In this document: piece after piece, positions 34,761 through 45,940 of the stretch
Layout of the letters: each line of letters opens with the position of its first letter
Position numbering within the stretch: the stretch's first letter is position 1
From: Salinispira sp.
Lineage (GTDB): Bacteria; Spirochaetota; Spirochaetia; DSM-27196; Salinispiraceae
Length of the DNA stretch: 64,000 bases
Assembly: GCA_965226555.1 (NCBI GenBank)
Contig: CBDDDG010000010.1
Location: 256,001 to 320,000 of the forward strand
Direction: 5' to 3'
Program-made: the position numbers and the translations under genes
Notes under the pieces: model-generated
Told to the model about the DNA's origin: nothing
The model's input: the letters and a program-made list of their open reading frames with translations, nothing else
Database searches by the model: none

Positions 34761-35969
34761 TCAATCGCCGCCGCCGACTACATCGCTGCCGCCGACCACA
34801 TCGCCGCCGCCGACCACATCGCCGCCGCCGACCATGTGAAGATCAAGCTGCGGATAGGGAATAACAATACCTTCCTGCCTGAAGCAATTCCATATTGCCC
34901 GCCGAAGCCAGGCCTTTGCCTTGAGCCGATTGCGGGCATCGTGTATTCGGACAAAAACACCAAGCTCAATCCCCGAAGCTGCGAAGTCGCGGATAATCAC
35001 AGTCGGCTCTGTCTCTTTGTTTATATACGGACAGTCGCTCACAAAGACGGGCAGGAGCTTTTCCACATGCGCTATATCGGTTTCATAATGGACTTGAACA
35101 GTAACGACAACAGCAATTTCACTACTGCCGTAGCTCAAATTATGAACCGGCTTATTAATTATTTCCGAATTCGGAATAATTATTGTTTCATTGAGCACGG
35201 TATCAATAACCGAGTGGAGCAGCGTAATTTTAACAACATTACCCTCCATACTTTCCCTGCCGCTGTTTGCCAGAATAAAATCCCCTTCTTTTATGGGGCG
35301 CGATATAATAATGATAAGACCCGCGAAAAAATTTGCCACCGTATTTTGAAGACCAAAACCGATACCAATACCAAGCACACCAAAAACAAGCACAAGACTC
35401 GAAAGGTTAATGCCAATGAAACTGAGACCAAGGATGGTTATCAAAAGCATGACAGAATAACCGGTGATATTCGTCAGACTGAAGCGCAGCGAATCATCCA
35501 TCGGCAGACGATTCAGCACCTTATGCTCCACCACATGGCGGGAGGCCCTCCCCATCCATGAAGCCAGAAGGAATACCGGTATGGCGGCAATAATGGTTAC
35601 CACCGATATATTGAGATCGCCGCTTTTAAAGAATGGTTCGGTAAGAATGGCGCCTATTGCGGAAAATACCTGAAAGAATTCGGCGCCAAGGAGAAGGATA
35701 AGCAGAATAACGAATGCGGAAAAAATGAGAATTCTGAAAATAAAGCGGATTCCCCGGGTAATGGAGGTTTTATGTTCATCGGTAAACCGCGATTTGCCAA
35801 TGAGCGTATGGAACATTTTCTGCAGGATATTGAGAAAGATATACGCGAGCAGAAGGGGGAGAAGAAATTGGAGCACAAGGTCATGTAACGCAAACGGTAA
35901 AACAAGCGACCCGATGGCGATGGGAGTAGTTACAAATTCCCAGAAGTTGGCAGAGAAATTCTTAATCAT
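34761..35969 (-). CDS. MscS-family mechanosensitive channel
   Basis: GIGIGFGLQNTVANFFAGL, RPIKEGD, IIPNS, IPYPQLDLH; GGGDVV tandem tail. Confidence 0.92.
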   Translation of the reverse strand: MIKNFSANFWEFVTTPIAIGSLVLPFALHDLVLQFLLPLLLAYIFLNILQKMFHTLIGKSRFTDEHKTSITRGIRFIFRILIFSAFVILLILLLGAEFFQVFSAIGAILTEPFFKSGDLNISVVTIIAAIPVFLLASWMGRASRHVVEHKVLNRLPMDDSLRFSLTNITGYSVMLLITILGLSFIGINLSSLVLVFGVLGIGIGFGLQNTVANFFAGLIIIISRPIKEGDFILANSGRESMEGNVVKITLLHSVIDTVLNETIIIPNSEIINKPVHNLSYGSSEIAVVVTVQVHYETDIAHVEKLLPVFVSDCPYINKETEPTVIIRDFAASGIELGVFVRIHDARNRLKAKAWLRRAIWNCFRQEGIVIPYPQLDLHMVGGGDVVGGGDVVGGSDVVGGGD

Positions 35970-36109
35970 ATACTGATAATATCACAAAAATATCGGGGGT
36001 GTATATTTTATACTGCTCGCAGGGGATGGAGATGGACGGATCTGCGCTCAGAAAAAACCACTTGCATAGAATAAAAATATTTTGTATATTTATTGATGAG
36101 GTGATAAAC

Positions 36110-37927
36110 ATGAAACGCATTATTATTTTTGTCGTATTTGTCAATTTGCTTGCATTCTTCCAACTCAGCACAGGATGCGGCGGGGAAGCCCGGCCCGCAG
36201 AGGGCGCTGAGGAAATGTCTGAGGCAGTCGCTCCGGGTCTGAGGGTTATTGATCGTGATGTCGGCTGGGAAAGAGGACGAAGAGGCGGGGAATTTATTCT
36301 TTCGGATCTTGGTTCCGGTCCGAAGACATTTAATACTGTTCTCGCTGAAGAAACCAGTTCCACAACCATTACCGACTACATGCTCTCCGATGCTCTGGTT
36401 GAACGAAACCAGCACACACTTGAATGGGAAGCGAATCTCGCTAAGAGCTGGACAATTTCCGATGATCAGAAATCAATTACCTTCAAAATCCGTAACAATC
36501 TGAAATGGTCTGACGGCGAAGCGATTACCGCCCATGACTGGGCCGATGCGGTGAATTCTGTTATTTACAACGATGACATTCAAAGTTCCGCCATAGATGC
36601 CTACACTGTCGGCGGAGAACGCGCGCAATGGGAAGCGCTGGATGATCTCACTCTGCGCATTACTGTTGCGGAGGTATATGCCGGTTTACTCTCCATCGCC
36701 AGCACCCTGCCCCTGCCTATGCACATTATCGGGCCAATTCTCGATGCCGAAGGAGCAGAGGGTTTTAATAATCTTTGGGGTATCGATTCAGATCCTACTC
36801 AAATTCCAAGCTCAGGACCCTATGTTGTAGATGAGTACATTCCAAACCAGCGCATCGTATTCACCGCAAATCCGAATTATCATAAGCGGATAGGCAATAC
36901 CCGCCTGCCCTATCTTGAAAGAGTTACCTTTCTTTTCACCCCCGATCAGGACACTCAGCTTCAGCAGTTTCTGACCGGCGCAATTGATTTCTACTCTCTC
37001 CGCGGAGAAGATTATGCGGTTCTCATTGATGAGAAGGAACGTTTAAACTTTGAGATCTATGAAGTAGGCCCTTCCACCAGCACCAACTTTATTACCTTTA
37101 ACCAGAACCCGGATGAAGACGGCCCCGACAATGACGGAGACGCCGGCATCTCCGCCCCCAAGCTGGAATGGCTGAGCAATCTCGACTTCCGGAAGGCCAT
37201 GGCGCATCTCATTGACCGCCAGACCTACATCAACAACATTGCCTTCGGCTTCGGATACCCCCAGTACAGCTTCGTCTCCCGCTTCAGCCCCTATTACTGG
37301 GAAGATGTCGACACTGCGGCCATTACCTACGATCCTATTGAGGCAGCCACAATTCTCGACCGTATCAATTACATTGACAGAGATGGAGACGGCTGGAGAG
37401 AAGATGAAAACGGCGTCAAGATTTCCCTAATCCTTTCAACCAACGCCGGTAACCGGGTGAGAGAGGACATTGGTTCCGCCTTTGCGCAGGAAGCCGCAAA
37501 CATCGGCGTAGAAATTACCTTCCGCCCCTTGGATTTCAATGAACTTGTTACCCAGCTTGTCGCAACATACGACTGGGACATGATCCTCATCGGCTTCACC
37601 GGCTCTGTTGACCCGATCTCCGGCGCAAATGTATATCCCTCCTACGGCAATCTGCACATGATTGAACCGAATCAGGAAAGTCCGCGCAGAGACTGGGAAG
37701 TTGCGGTCGATGCCGCCTGGGTTGAAGCCAACGAAACAACCGATGAAGCGCAGCGGAAATCCGGCTTTGAGAAAATTCAGCGTGAATGGGTTGAAAACAT
37801 TCCATGGGCATACACCTATAACCCGCTCATTATGCACGCGGTTGACGGCAGCATTGGGAACGTATACACCCAGCCTGTTACCGGTTACGGCATTATCGGT
37901 ACCATTGAATATCTGTATAGGAAGTAA
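36110..37927 (+). CDS. Peptide ABC transporter substrate-binding lipoprotein (family 5)
   Basis: PKTFN, LAKSWTIS.D..ITFKIR..LKWSDG, SGPY, FRKAMAHLIDR; start MKRII after GAGG. Confidence 0.92.
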   Translation: MKRIIIFVVFVNLLAFFQLSTGCGGEARPAEGAEEMSEAVAPGLRVIDRDVGWERGRRGGEFILSDLGSGPKTFNTVLAEETSSTTITDYMLSDALVERNQHTLEWEANLAKSWTISDDQKSITFKIRNNLKWSDGEAITAHDWADAVNSVIYNDDIQSSAIDAYTVGGERAQWEALDDLTLRITVAEVYAGLLSIASTLPLPMHIIGPILDAEGAEGFNNLWGIDSDPTQIPSSGPYVVDEYIPNQRIVFTANPNYHKRIGNTRLPYLERVTFLFTPDQDTQLQQFLTGAIDFYSLRGEDYAVLIDEKERLNFEIYEVGPSTSTNFITFNQNPDEDGPDNDGDAGISAPKLEWLSNLDFRKAMAHLIDRQTYINNIAFGFGYPQYSFVSRFSPYYWEDVDTAAITYDPIEAATILDRINYIDRDGDGWREDENGVKISLILSTNAGNRVREDIGSAFAQEAANIGVEITFRPLDFNELVTQLVATYDWDMILIGFTGSVDPISGANVYPSYGNLHMIEPNQESPRRDWEVAVDAAWVEANETTDEAQRKSGFEKIQREWVENIPWAYTYNPLIMHAVDGSIGNVYTQPVTGYGIIGTIEYLYRK

Positions 37928-37990
37928 TAAAAATGTGAATACTTTAGCTTTATTATGTGGTTTCTCCGCCTCTCGTTTATCAATACTGAA

Positions 37991-38959
37991 ATGTTTCGCT
38001 ACATTCTCCGCCGCATAATTCACATTGTTCCTATACTTCTTACCGTTATTGCCATTGGGTTCCTGCTGCTTCAGCTGGCGCCCGGCGATTTTTTTACCAA
38101 ACTCTATCTTGAACAGGATTTGAGCGCGGAGACTATTGACCGCTACCGGGAGGACTTTGCTCTTGACCGCCCTTGGTATGAGCAGTTTTTTCGGTATATC
38201 TGGAATGTTCTTCAGGGAAATTTCGGATTTTCGGCTGAATACCGAGCGCCGGTTTTTGAGATAATTAAGCAGCGGGTGGGGCCGACTCTTCTTCTCAGCC
38301 TCAGCGCTCTTGCTGTCAGTTGGGGATTAAGCATTCCCATGGGTATTCTCGCCGCGCGGAAACAATACCAATGGCCCGATCAAGTCATTTCAGTACTGGC
38401 ATTTATCGGCCTTGCCATACCGAATTTCTTCCTGGCCTTTCTTATCCTCTATTTTGTTACATCAGCAAACCTCCCGCTTCCGATAGGAGGTATGACGAGT
38501 ATAAATTTCTCACAGATGGGTCCCATACAGCAGTTCTTTGATGTTCTGTGGCATCTGCTCATTCCCCTCTTTGTGCTCAGCACTTCTGCCATGGCAGGTC
38601 TTACCCGGGTTATGCGGGCAAATATGCTTGAAATTCTCAACCAGCAATACATTGTTACGGCGCGGGCGAAGGGGCAGCGCGAGAGCCTCGTCGTCTCCCG
38701 GCATGCCCTGCGCAATGCCATAAACCCCATGATAAGCCTCCTCGGTTTTCAAATTTCCAGCATTCTCGCTGGCGCCGTGCTTACCGAGGTTGTGCTGAGC
38801 TGGCCGGGGCTCGGGCAGCTGACGCTGCAGGCAATTTTAAGCCAAGATATGTTTTTGGTTATCGGGACACTTATATACAGCTCAATTCTTCTGGTTCTCG
38901 GTAATCTTATAGCAGATATTTTACTTGCGCTGAGCGATCCGCGTGTGAGGGTAGGATAA
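37991..38959 (+). CDS. Peptide ABC transporter permease (OppB/DppB-like)
   Basis: YILRR, LAPGD, YIVTARAKG, HALRNA, DPRVR. Confidence 0.92.
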   Translation: MFRYILRRIIHIVPILLTVIAIGFLLLQLAPGDFFTKLYLEQDLSAETIDRYREDFALDRPWYEQFFRYIWNVLQGNFGFSAEYRAPVFEIIKQRVGPTLLLSLSALAVSWGLSIPMGILAARKQYQWPDQVISVLAFIGLAIPNFFLAFLILYFVTSANLPLPIGGMTSINFSQMGPIQQFFDVLWHLLIPLFVLSTSAMAGLTRVMRANMLEILNQQYIVTARAKGQRESLVVSRHALRNAINPMISLLGFQISSILAGAVLTEVVLSWPGLGQLTLQAILSQDMFLVIGTLIYSSILLVLGNLIADILLALSDPRVRVG

Positions 38960-40323
38960 TGCCTGAAGTCTCTGAATCTGTCTGGGGCAGATATGTCCGG
39001 CGCTTTCGAAAACACAGCCTCGGAAAAATCGGGCTGGGAATCCTCGCATTCCTGTACCTTACAGCCCTTTTCGCTGAATGTATCTCCCCCTACACCATGG
39101 TCTGGGGCGATAAAACAAAACCACTTGCTCCCCCCAGCGCGCCGCAGCTCATTGCGGAATCGGCAGATGGTACCGGCAGGGTTCTCCGTCCCTTTGTATA
39201 CGAACACATTATTACGAATCAGGCGCTTCGCAGCTATGAGGCAATACCTCCCCACAGCATCAGGGCCATTGGTATGGAAACGCGCGTGCGGGTGAATGAA
39301 ATGCGTGTGTACGCCATGGCAGATTCTGCGGAACGGCGTGAACGCGAACTTGCAAATGCCATTATACGCCACTACCGTATTACCCCCAACAACCCTCTCG
39401 TTGGCGAAATACGCAAGGCAATACGGGATGTCGAAAACTCAGATAACCCGAATGCCCGGCAGGAAGTTGATCTGGGCACAACCACTATCAATTCTGTAGA
39501 AACCCGTGTTCATTTTATACTTGCTCGGGGCAACAAGAATTTCCTCCGGTTCTTCGTTCGGGGAGTTCCCTACAAATTCCTGGGTCTCATAAAAATGAAT
39601 GTTCACCTTTTCGGTTCGCCTACGGGCGGCTATTTTCCCATTGGAACTGATAAAACAGGACGCGATATTCTCAGCCGCCTCCTGTACGGATCGCGGGTAT
39701 CGCTCACTGTCGGCATTTTCGGCTCGCTTATTTCCATTGTTCTTGGTTTGCTTATCGGAGGCGCCGCCGGTTATCTGGGTGGTAAGGTCGATTATGTGCT
39801 TATGCGGATTACTGAAGTAGTCATTGCAATTCCCAGTATTTATCTTCTTTTTACCCTTCGGGCATCACTTCCCATAGGACTGACAAGTGTGCAGGTCTAC
39901 ATGATCATTGTTATCATTCTCTCCCTCATCGGCTGGTCAACAACAGCCCGGGTTGTCCGCGGTCAGATTCTCGCCATAAAAACCGAAGATTTTGTGCTCA
40001 GCGCCCGAGCCATGGGACTGAGCAAATTCAAGATACTGATCAAACATGTACTGCCGAATACGATGAGCTATGTAATTGTAAGCGTTACCCTCTCTATTCC
40101 CGGATACATTCTCGGTGAAAGCGCTCTCAGCCTGCTTGGTCTCGGTATTACTGAACCTCAGTCAAGCTGGGGGCTCATGCTTTCGGTCGGAAGAAATTTC
40201 AGAATTGTACGGGATTTTCCCTGGGTACTCATCCCCGGTTTTATGATTTTCTTATCGATATTGGCATGGAATTTCTTTGGTGATGGTGTGCGTGATGCTC
40301 TTGATCCCAAGAGTAAGCATTAG
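38959..40323 (+). CDS. Peptide ABC transporter permease (OppC/DppC-like)
   Basis: GTDKTGRDILSRLLYGSRVSL, FVLSARAMG, GDGVRDALDP. Confidence 0.92.
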   Translation: MPEVSESVWGRYVRRFRKHSLGKIGLGILAFLYLTALFAECISPYTMVWGDKTKPLAPPSAPQLIAESADGTGRVLRPFVYEHIITNQALRSYEAIPPHSIRAIGMETRVRVNEMRVYAMADSAERRERELANAIIRHYRITPNNPLVGEIRKAIRDVENSDNPNARQEVDLGTTTINSVETRVHFILARGNKNFLRFFVRGVPYKFLGLIKMNVHLFGSPTGGYFPIGTDKTGRDILSRLLYGSRVSLTVGIFGSLISIVLGLLIGGAAGYLGGKVDYVLMRITEVVIAIPSIYLLFTLRASLPIGLTSVQVYMIIVIILSLIGWSTTARVVRGQILAIKTEDFVLSARAMGLSKFKILIKHVLPNTMSYVIVSVTLSIPGYILGESALSLLGLGITEPQSSWGLMLSVGRNFRIVRDFPWVLIPGFMIFLSILAWNFFGDGVRDALDPKSKH

Positions 40324-40342
40324 AAGATAGTGAGGTTAAGCC

Positions 40343-41449
40343 ATGAAAAAATTGCTGGAGATACAGGAATTACGCACCTATTTTTTTATGCCCGGATATG
40401 TTTTGCGGGCGGTTGATGGGGTGAGTTTTTCGGTTTCGGAAGGCGAAACACTGGGGATTGTCGGTGAATCCGGATGCGGTAAGAGCCAGACAGCACTTTC
40501 CATCATGGGCCTCATTCCCTCTCCTCCCGGAAAAATTGTCGGCGGGGAAATTACCTTTGAGGACACAAAACTTGTGCATTCCCTCCCCGAAGAAGAGTAC
40601 CGAAAAATTCGGGGAAATGACATTTCAATGATCTTCCAAGAACCCATGACAAGCCTTAATCCCATTTTCACAATCGGCTATCAGATCGCTGAAGCCCTTA
40701 TACTTCACCGCGACATGGAAAAGAAGGAAGCACTTGAGGAAGCAGGACGATTGTTAAAAGAAGTCGGTATATCTGACCCTGAAAACCGTATAAAAGAATA
40801 TCCCTTTCAGCTCAGCGGCGGACTGAGGCAGCGGGTCATGATCGCCATGACAATGGCCTGTCACCCGAAACTGCTCATTGCCGATGAACCGACAACAGCG
40901 CTCGATGTTACCATTCAGGCGCAAATTCTCCGCCTCATAAGAGACCTTACCGAAAAAAATAATATGGCAACCATGTTCATTACCCATGATCTTGCGGTCA
41001 TAGCCAGTTTTACAAAGCGGGTTATTGTTATGTATGCGGGAGTAATTGTCGAAGATGCCCCTGTTCTGAACATATTCAAGGAACCACTTCATCCCTATAC
41101 TCAGGGTCTCCTCAATTCCATTCCCGTTCTCTCCCGGAAATCAACAGGCAGCAGACCGAAAAATCTATCGAAAAATCTGCAGCCCATTCCCGGAAATCTG
41201 CCTGATCCAAAGATCCGCATGAAAGGCTGCAAGTTTGCTTCCCGCTGCCCGAAGGTAATGAAAAAATGCCGTGAATCGGAACCCGCCCTCGTTGAAACCG
41301 AAGCAGGCCGCAGGGTACGTTGTTTTCTCTACAGTAACACTGTCCGAAAGAACCCCTCCATTACTGACCTTGAATACCTGAGCGCACTGGGGGGTAAGCA
41401 TTGGCGGAAAGAATTCGATCGTTGGAACAAAACAGTGGAGACAGTATGA
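40343..41449 (+). CDS. Peptide ABC transporter ATP-binding protein (OppD-like)
   Basis: GESGCGKS, LSGGLRQR, ADEPTTALDV, HPYTQGLL. Confidence 0.93.
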   Translation: MKKLLEIQELRTYFFMPGYVLRAVDGVSFSVSEGETLGIVGESGCGKSQTALSIMGLIPSPPGKIVGGEITFEDTKLVHSLPEEEYRKIRGNDISMIFQEPMTSLNPIFTIGYQIAEALILHRDMEKKEALEEAGRLLKEVGISDPENRIKEYPFQLSGGLRQRVMIAMTMACHPKLLIADEPTTALDVTIQAQILRLIRDLTEKNNMATMFITHDLAVIASFTKRVIVMYAGVIVEDAPVLNIFKEPLHPYTQGLLNSIPVLSRKSTGSRPKNLSKNLQPIPGNLPDPKIRMKGCKFASRCPKVMKKCRESEPALVETEAGRRVRCFLYSNTVRKNPSITDLEYLSALGGKHWRKEFDRWNKTVETV

Positions 41450-42609
41450 GCGACGGGAAAGTAATTCTCAGTATTCGGAATCTGAAAAAATATTTCTCCG
41501 TGAAGGCTTCATTTTTTTCATCGCAGAATCTCATTCTCAAAGCCGTTAATCATATTGATCTCGATGTATACCGCGGTGAAACTCTCGGCATTGTTGGGGA
41601 ATCGGGCTGCGGGAAGACCACAGTCGGACGCTGCATAACCCGTCTCTATGAACCCGATGAAGGACGGATATGGCTCAATCCGAATGAACAGGTGGTAAAG
41701 GACGTTTCGGCGCTCGATGATGAAATTCGGGAACTGGGAGATGAGGCAGATAAAAACAATAGAGCGCGCGCTGCGCGTGTGAGGAAGATACAAGCACTGA
41801 AAAAGCAGGCCGATGAACTCGCCCGGGAAAATGATATCCTCTGCATGAACAGGAAGCGCCTCAAGGCTTCCCGGCGTCAGATACAGCTCATCTTCCAAGA
41901 CCCCTGGGCCAGCCTCAATCCTCATATGATGGTCAAGGATATCATTGGTGAAGGGCCGAAGGAATTCGATGTATATCGGGGAGAAAGCCTCAAGGCATGG
42001 GTTCATGAACTTCTGGAGCGCGTTGGGCTTCCCAGCGCTGCCGCCAACCGCTATCCTCATGAGTTCAGCGGCGGACAACGGCAGCGAATCTGTATTGCCC
42101 GCGCGCTGGCTCTGACACCTTCCATTGTCATTTGCGATGAACCGGTATCTGCCCTTGATGTTTCAATACAGGCTCAGGTGCTGAATCTACTCGCATCTCT
42201 TCAGGAAGAATTCGAACTTACCTATATCTTCATTGCCCATGATCTGAGTGTAGTCGAATATGTTTCTGACCGGATTGCTGTTATGTATCTGGGAAAAATT
42301 GTTGAAATGGCTGAAGCGCAACAGCTGTATCAAAATCCGCGGCATCCCTATACACAAAGCCTTCTTTCATCTGTGCCGATAGCCGATCCTACCGTTAAAA
42401 ATGAGCAGATCATTCTGGAAGGAGACGTCCCCAGTCCGATAAACCCACCATCAGGATGCAGTTTTCATCCGCGCTGCCCTTATCGGAGCGAAAAATGCAC
42501 AGAAATTATACCTCTTCTGGAAAAAGATCGGGGAGGACACCGCATTGCCTGCCATAATCCTCCAAACGATCCCCCCGCCCGCCATTCGGCACATGATCTG
42601 TCATGCTGA
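41446..42609 (+). CDS. Peptide ABC transporter ATP-binding protein (OppF-like)
   Basis: GESGCGKT, FSGGQRQR, CDEPVSALDV, PSPINPPSGC. Confidence 0.93.
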   Translation: MSDGKVILSIRNLKKYFSVKASFFSSQNLILKAVNHIDLDVYRGETLGIVGESGCGKTTVGRCITRLYEPDEGRIWLNPNEQVVKDVSALDDEIRELGDEADKNNRARAARVRKIQALKKQADELARENDILCMNRKRLKASRRQIQLIFQDPWASLNPHMMVKDIIGEGPKEFDVYRGESLKAWVHELLERVGLPSAAANRYPHEFSGGQRQRICIARALALTPSIVICDEPVSALDVSIQAQVLNLLASLQEEFELTYIFIAHDLSVVEYVSDRIAVMYLGKIVEMAEAQQLYQNPRHPYTQSLLSSVPIADPTVKNEQIILEGDVPSPINPPSGCSFHPRCPYRSEKCTEIIPLLEKDRGGHRIACHNPPNDPPARHSAHDLSC

Positions 42610-43115
42610 AGATACGAAGCCGTATTTCCCTGCGCCGCAGAGAATCCAATGCTCTTCTCATTGAATGGAACATAATCGGCAGGCTGCTGAATTTTTCTGC
42701 CTTCATCCTTCTTCTTACGGTAGTTATCTATGCGCTCGCCATTGCCGGTGAACGCTTTTCTCTCTTTGGCGGATTCCTCACCCTGTTTTTTGGGCTGATA
42801 TTCTTCTGCAAGGCCGCCATGAACACCCAATACCTGTTCTCAATACAGCGGGGAACACTCACAATTACCCGAAGCCTCGCCGGCATTCCGCTGACGCGTC
42901 AGCGCATTCGGCTTGAAACAATTACGGCTGTTTCCCTGAGCGCCATTGAATATGACGTACAGAAACGTGAAACTTCCGGCCTGTATTATTTGAAACTCTC
43001 ACTGAGCGGATTAGAAACAGCGCATATCAGCATCGATGAATCAACCGACTCCCACGAACTTCGCGCGTACGGCGTCACATTGAGCAGCTACCTTGGTATC
43101 CATTTCGATGAATGA
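42603..43115 (+). CDS. Hypothetical membrane protein
   Basis: 170-aa ORF with two hydrophobic segments, coupled to the operon. Confidence 0.6.
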   Translation: MLKIRSRISLRRRESNALLIEWNIIGRLLNFSAFILLLTVVIYALAIAGERFSLFGGFLTLFFGLIFFCKAAMNTQYLFSIQRGTLTITRSLAGIPLTRQRIRLETITAVSLSAIEYDVQKRETSGLYYLKLSLSGLETAHISIDESTDSHELRAYGVTLSSYLGIHFDE

Positions 43116-43141
43116 TATATTGAAACAATGAGGGGCTGCAT

Positions 43142-44362
43142 ATGAACAGGTTAACCGATGATGAAATTATTCTTCTCCTGAAGGGCGGCGAGTCAGACAG
43201 AATCGAATATAAAGAATCATTTAAGGGAGATGTTCCGACAAAGGCGCGGAGGGCAGTATGTGCCTTTGCCAATGATCTGCCTAATCATAAAAAACCCGGA
43301 ATACTCATCATTGGCTTGCGGGACAACGGAGAACCTTCCAATTATTCAATTACCGACAGCCTCCTCCGATCATTAACTGATATGGCACGTGACGGAAATA
43401 TAGTGCCGTTACCCGTTCTCTCCGTCGAAAAACGGACCCTGAAAAATACAGAAATGGCAGTTGTAACCGTCATGCCCTCCGACATGCCGCCGATACGATA
43501 TGATGGGCAGATATGGATTCGCATCGGCCCCCGCCAAGCTATTGCCAACAGACAGGAAGAGCGCATTCTCAATGAAAAAAGGCGGTACAAAGATATTCCC
43601 TTCGATATTTGCCCGGTACCCTCGGGGAAAATTTCCGACCTGTCCAAGTCCATTTTTGAAAACGACTATCTTCCTGCAGCCTTTTCACCGGATGTTCTGA
43701 AGGAAAACAACCGCAGCTATGAGGAACAGCTTTCATCGTGCAAAATGATTGTTTCACCGGATGATACGACCCCGACAATTCTCGGTCTGCTCGCTATCGG
43801 AAAATCTTCGCAGGATTTTATTCCCGGGGCATCAATTCAATTTCTGAGAATTAATGGAACTGAATTAACAGATGATATAATTGATGAAGAGAAAATCGGC
43901 GGAAACATTGCCGAAGTCCTGCGCCGCATAATTGAGAAACTCACCTCACACAGCCGTACTGCCATCGATGTAACATCTGCCCCAACTCATAATATGAAAC
44001 CGACATATCCCATGACAGCCATACATCAGATTGTGTACAATGCCGTCATGCACAGAACCTACGAGGGAACAAACGCGCCAACACGGATATATTGGTATAA
44101 TGACCGTATTGAAATTACCAGCCCCGGAGGACCGTACGGGAATGTTACCCCGGAAAATTTCGGTGAACCGGGAATAACCGATTACCGGAATCCTAACATT
44201 GCAGATGTTATGAAAACCTATGGCTTTGTACAGGCCTTCGGAAGGGGCATTGATATAGCGCGCGCAGCGCTCGAAGAAAACGGAAATCCGAAACCGGAGT
44301 TTGAAGTAGATAAAAGTATTATCATGTGTATTATCAGAAATAAGAAAAAAGGCGAGACATGA
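43142..44362 (+). CDS. Schlafen/AlbA_2 domain + HATPase_c_4 (RecG-C-like) protein
   Basis: GESDRIEYKE, VCAFAN..G.LIIG..DNG; NAVMHRTY, DRIEITSPGG, YRNPNIA, GRGI. Confidence 0.85.
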   Translation: MNRLTDDEIILLLKGGESDRIEYKESFKGDVPTKARRAVCAFANDLPNHKKPGILIIGLRDNGEPSNYSITDSLLRSLTDMARDGNIVPLPVLSVEKRTLKNTEMAVVTVMPSDMPPIRYDGQIWIRIGPRQAIANRQEERILNEKRRYKDIPFDICPVPSGKISDLSKSIFENDYLPAAFSPDVLKENNRSYEEQLSSCKMIVSPDDTTPTILGLLAIGKSSQDFIPGASIQFLRINGTELTDDIIDEEKIGGNIAEVLRRIIEKLTSHSRTAIDVTSAPTHNMKPTYPMTAIHQIVYNAVMHRTYEGTNAPTRIYWYNDRIEITSPGGPYGNVTPENFGEPGITDYRNPNIADVMKTYGFVQAFGRGIDIARAALEENGNPKPEFEVDKSIIMCIIRNKKKGET

Positions 44363-45381
44363 GACCTCCGGTATTGACCTTTTTTAACAATAAAGGCGGC
44401 GTTGGCAAAACCTCACTTGTATATCATCTTGCATGGATGTATGCAAAACTGGGTAAGCGGGTAGTCGTTGCCGATTTTGACCCTCAGGCAAATCTCACGG
44501 CAGCGTTTCTGGACGAAAATACAATAGAAAACCTCTGGACTGACGGACACGCGGGCTCAACAATCTACCAATCGATAAAACCATTGACCGGGGTTGGAGA
44601 CATTGCCGAACCTCAATTGGAAAAAATTGATACAAACCTCTTCCTCATACCCGGCGATGTTGAGCTATCAAATTATGAAGATATTCTCTCCACCGAATGG
44701 CCGCAGAGTATGAATGACAGAAATCTGTACCGTCCGCTGCGTATTCTCAGCGCTTTCTGGCAAGTCATCCAGATGGCAGAGAATAAACTGGCGGGAACTG
44801 AAATGGCGGTTGATATTGTTCTTATTGATATTGGGCCGAATCTTGGCGCCATAAACCGCTCTGCATTATTGGCAACCGATTATGTTGTTATACCCCTCGG
44901 GGCTGATCTTTTCTCCCTGCAGGGGCTCAAAAACCTCGGACCGACCCTGCGGGAATGGAGGATAAACTGGAAAAAACGCCTCAATAACTGGAGTAATAGT
45001 AGTGAGAAACCGGATCATCCTCGTTTTATGCTTCCCTCAGGCAGCATGAGGCCTATTGGATACCTCTGCCAGCAATATGGAATCCATCTGAATCGTCCGG
45101 TGAAGGCATATGACAAATGGGTCCGCCGCTTTCCTCGAATGTATCGGAAATCTGTGCTCAATAAAGATGAGAAAAAAGATATCGCACTGGAAAATGACCC
45201 GTACTGTCTGGCAACAATGAAACATTACCGCAGTCTGGTACCAATGGCGCAGGAACACCGCAAGCCCCTGTTCATGCTCACATCGGCAGACGGCGCCATC
45301 GGCGGTCATGCCAATGCCGTTACAAGTGCATACAACGATTTTCAGCAGCTGGCCAAAACAATATCCCATAAAATGACCTGA
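44359..45381 (+). CDS. ParA/Soj-like ATPase
   Basis: FNNKGGVGKTS, DFDPQANLT, IDIGPNLGAINR; ATGA overlap with upstream gene. Confidence 0.9.
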   Translation: MRPPVLTFFNNKGGVGKTSLVYHLAWMYAKLGKRVVVADFDPQANLTAAFLDENTIENLWTDGHAGSTIYQSIKPLTGVGDIAEPQLEKIDTNLFLIPGDVELSNYEDILSTEWPQSMNDRNLYRPLRILSAFWQVIQMAENKLAGTEMAVDIVLIDIGPNLGAINRSALLATDYVVIPLGADLFSLQGLKNLGPTLREWRINWKKRLNNWSNSSEKPDHPRFMLPSGSMRPIGYLCQQYGIHLNRPVKAYDKWVRRFPRMYRKSVLNKDEKKDIALENDPYCLATMKHYRSLVPMAQEHRKPLFMLTSADGAIGGHANAVTSAYNDFQQLAKTISHKMT

Positions 45382-45382
45382 C

Positions 45383-45940
45383 ATGGGGAAAATGGAACAC
45401 GCCATGGGGCAATTTCTTATGTATACGGATGAAGACGGCACACTGAAGCTGGATGTCCGTTTTGAAAATGAATCCGTATGGCTGACTCAGCAGTTAATGG
45501 TGGAGCTGTTCCAAACAACTAAACAGAACATAAGTCTCCATATTCAAAACATTTACGAAGAAGGTGAGCTTTTACCGGAAGCAACTGTCAAGGAATACTT
45601 GACAGTTCAAACTGAGGGGAAGCGCGCAGTAAAGCGTATGCTGGATTACTACAATTTGGACATGATTATTTCGGTTGGTTACCGAATAAAGAGCCATGTA
45701 GCAACCCGTTTTCGTATGTGGGCAACACAGAAAATAACCGACATCTACACCACAAGCATCGACTACGATCCAAAGCTGGACATGAGCATTGAATTCTTCA
45801 GAACCGTGCAGAACAAAATGCACTGGGCCATTACCGGACAAACGGCCGCAGAAATTATTCATTCCCGCGCTGATGCGGATAAACAGAATATGGGATTAAC
45901 CAATTATCGTGGAGCAAAGGTTCGTAAGCAGGATAATTGA
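45383..45940 (+). pseudogene. RhuM-family protein, internally deleted and truncated
   Basis: VWLTQ..M.ELFQ, YNLDMIISVGYR, FRMWATQ joined directly to KITDIY, VQNKMHWA; ends at a duplication junction. Confidence 0.8.

Noticed and set aside
44359..45381. Chromosome or plasmid partitioning locus
   Set aside because: No ParB, parS or replication gene nearby.
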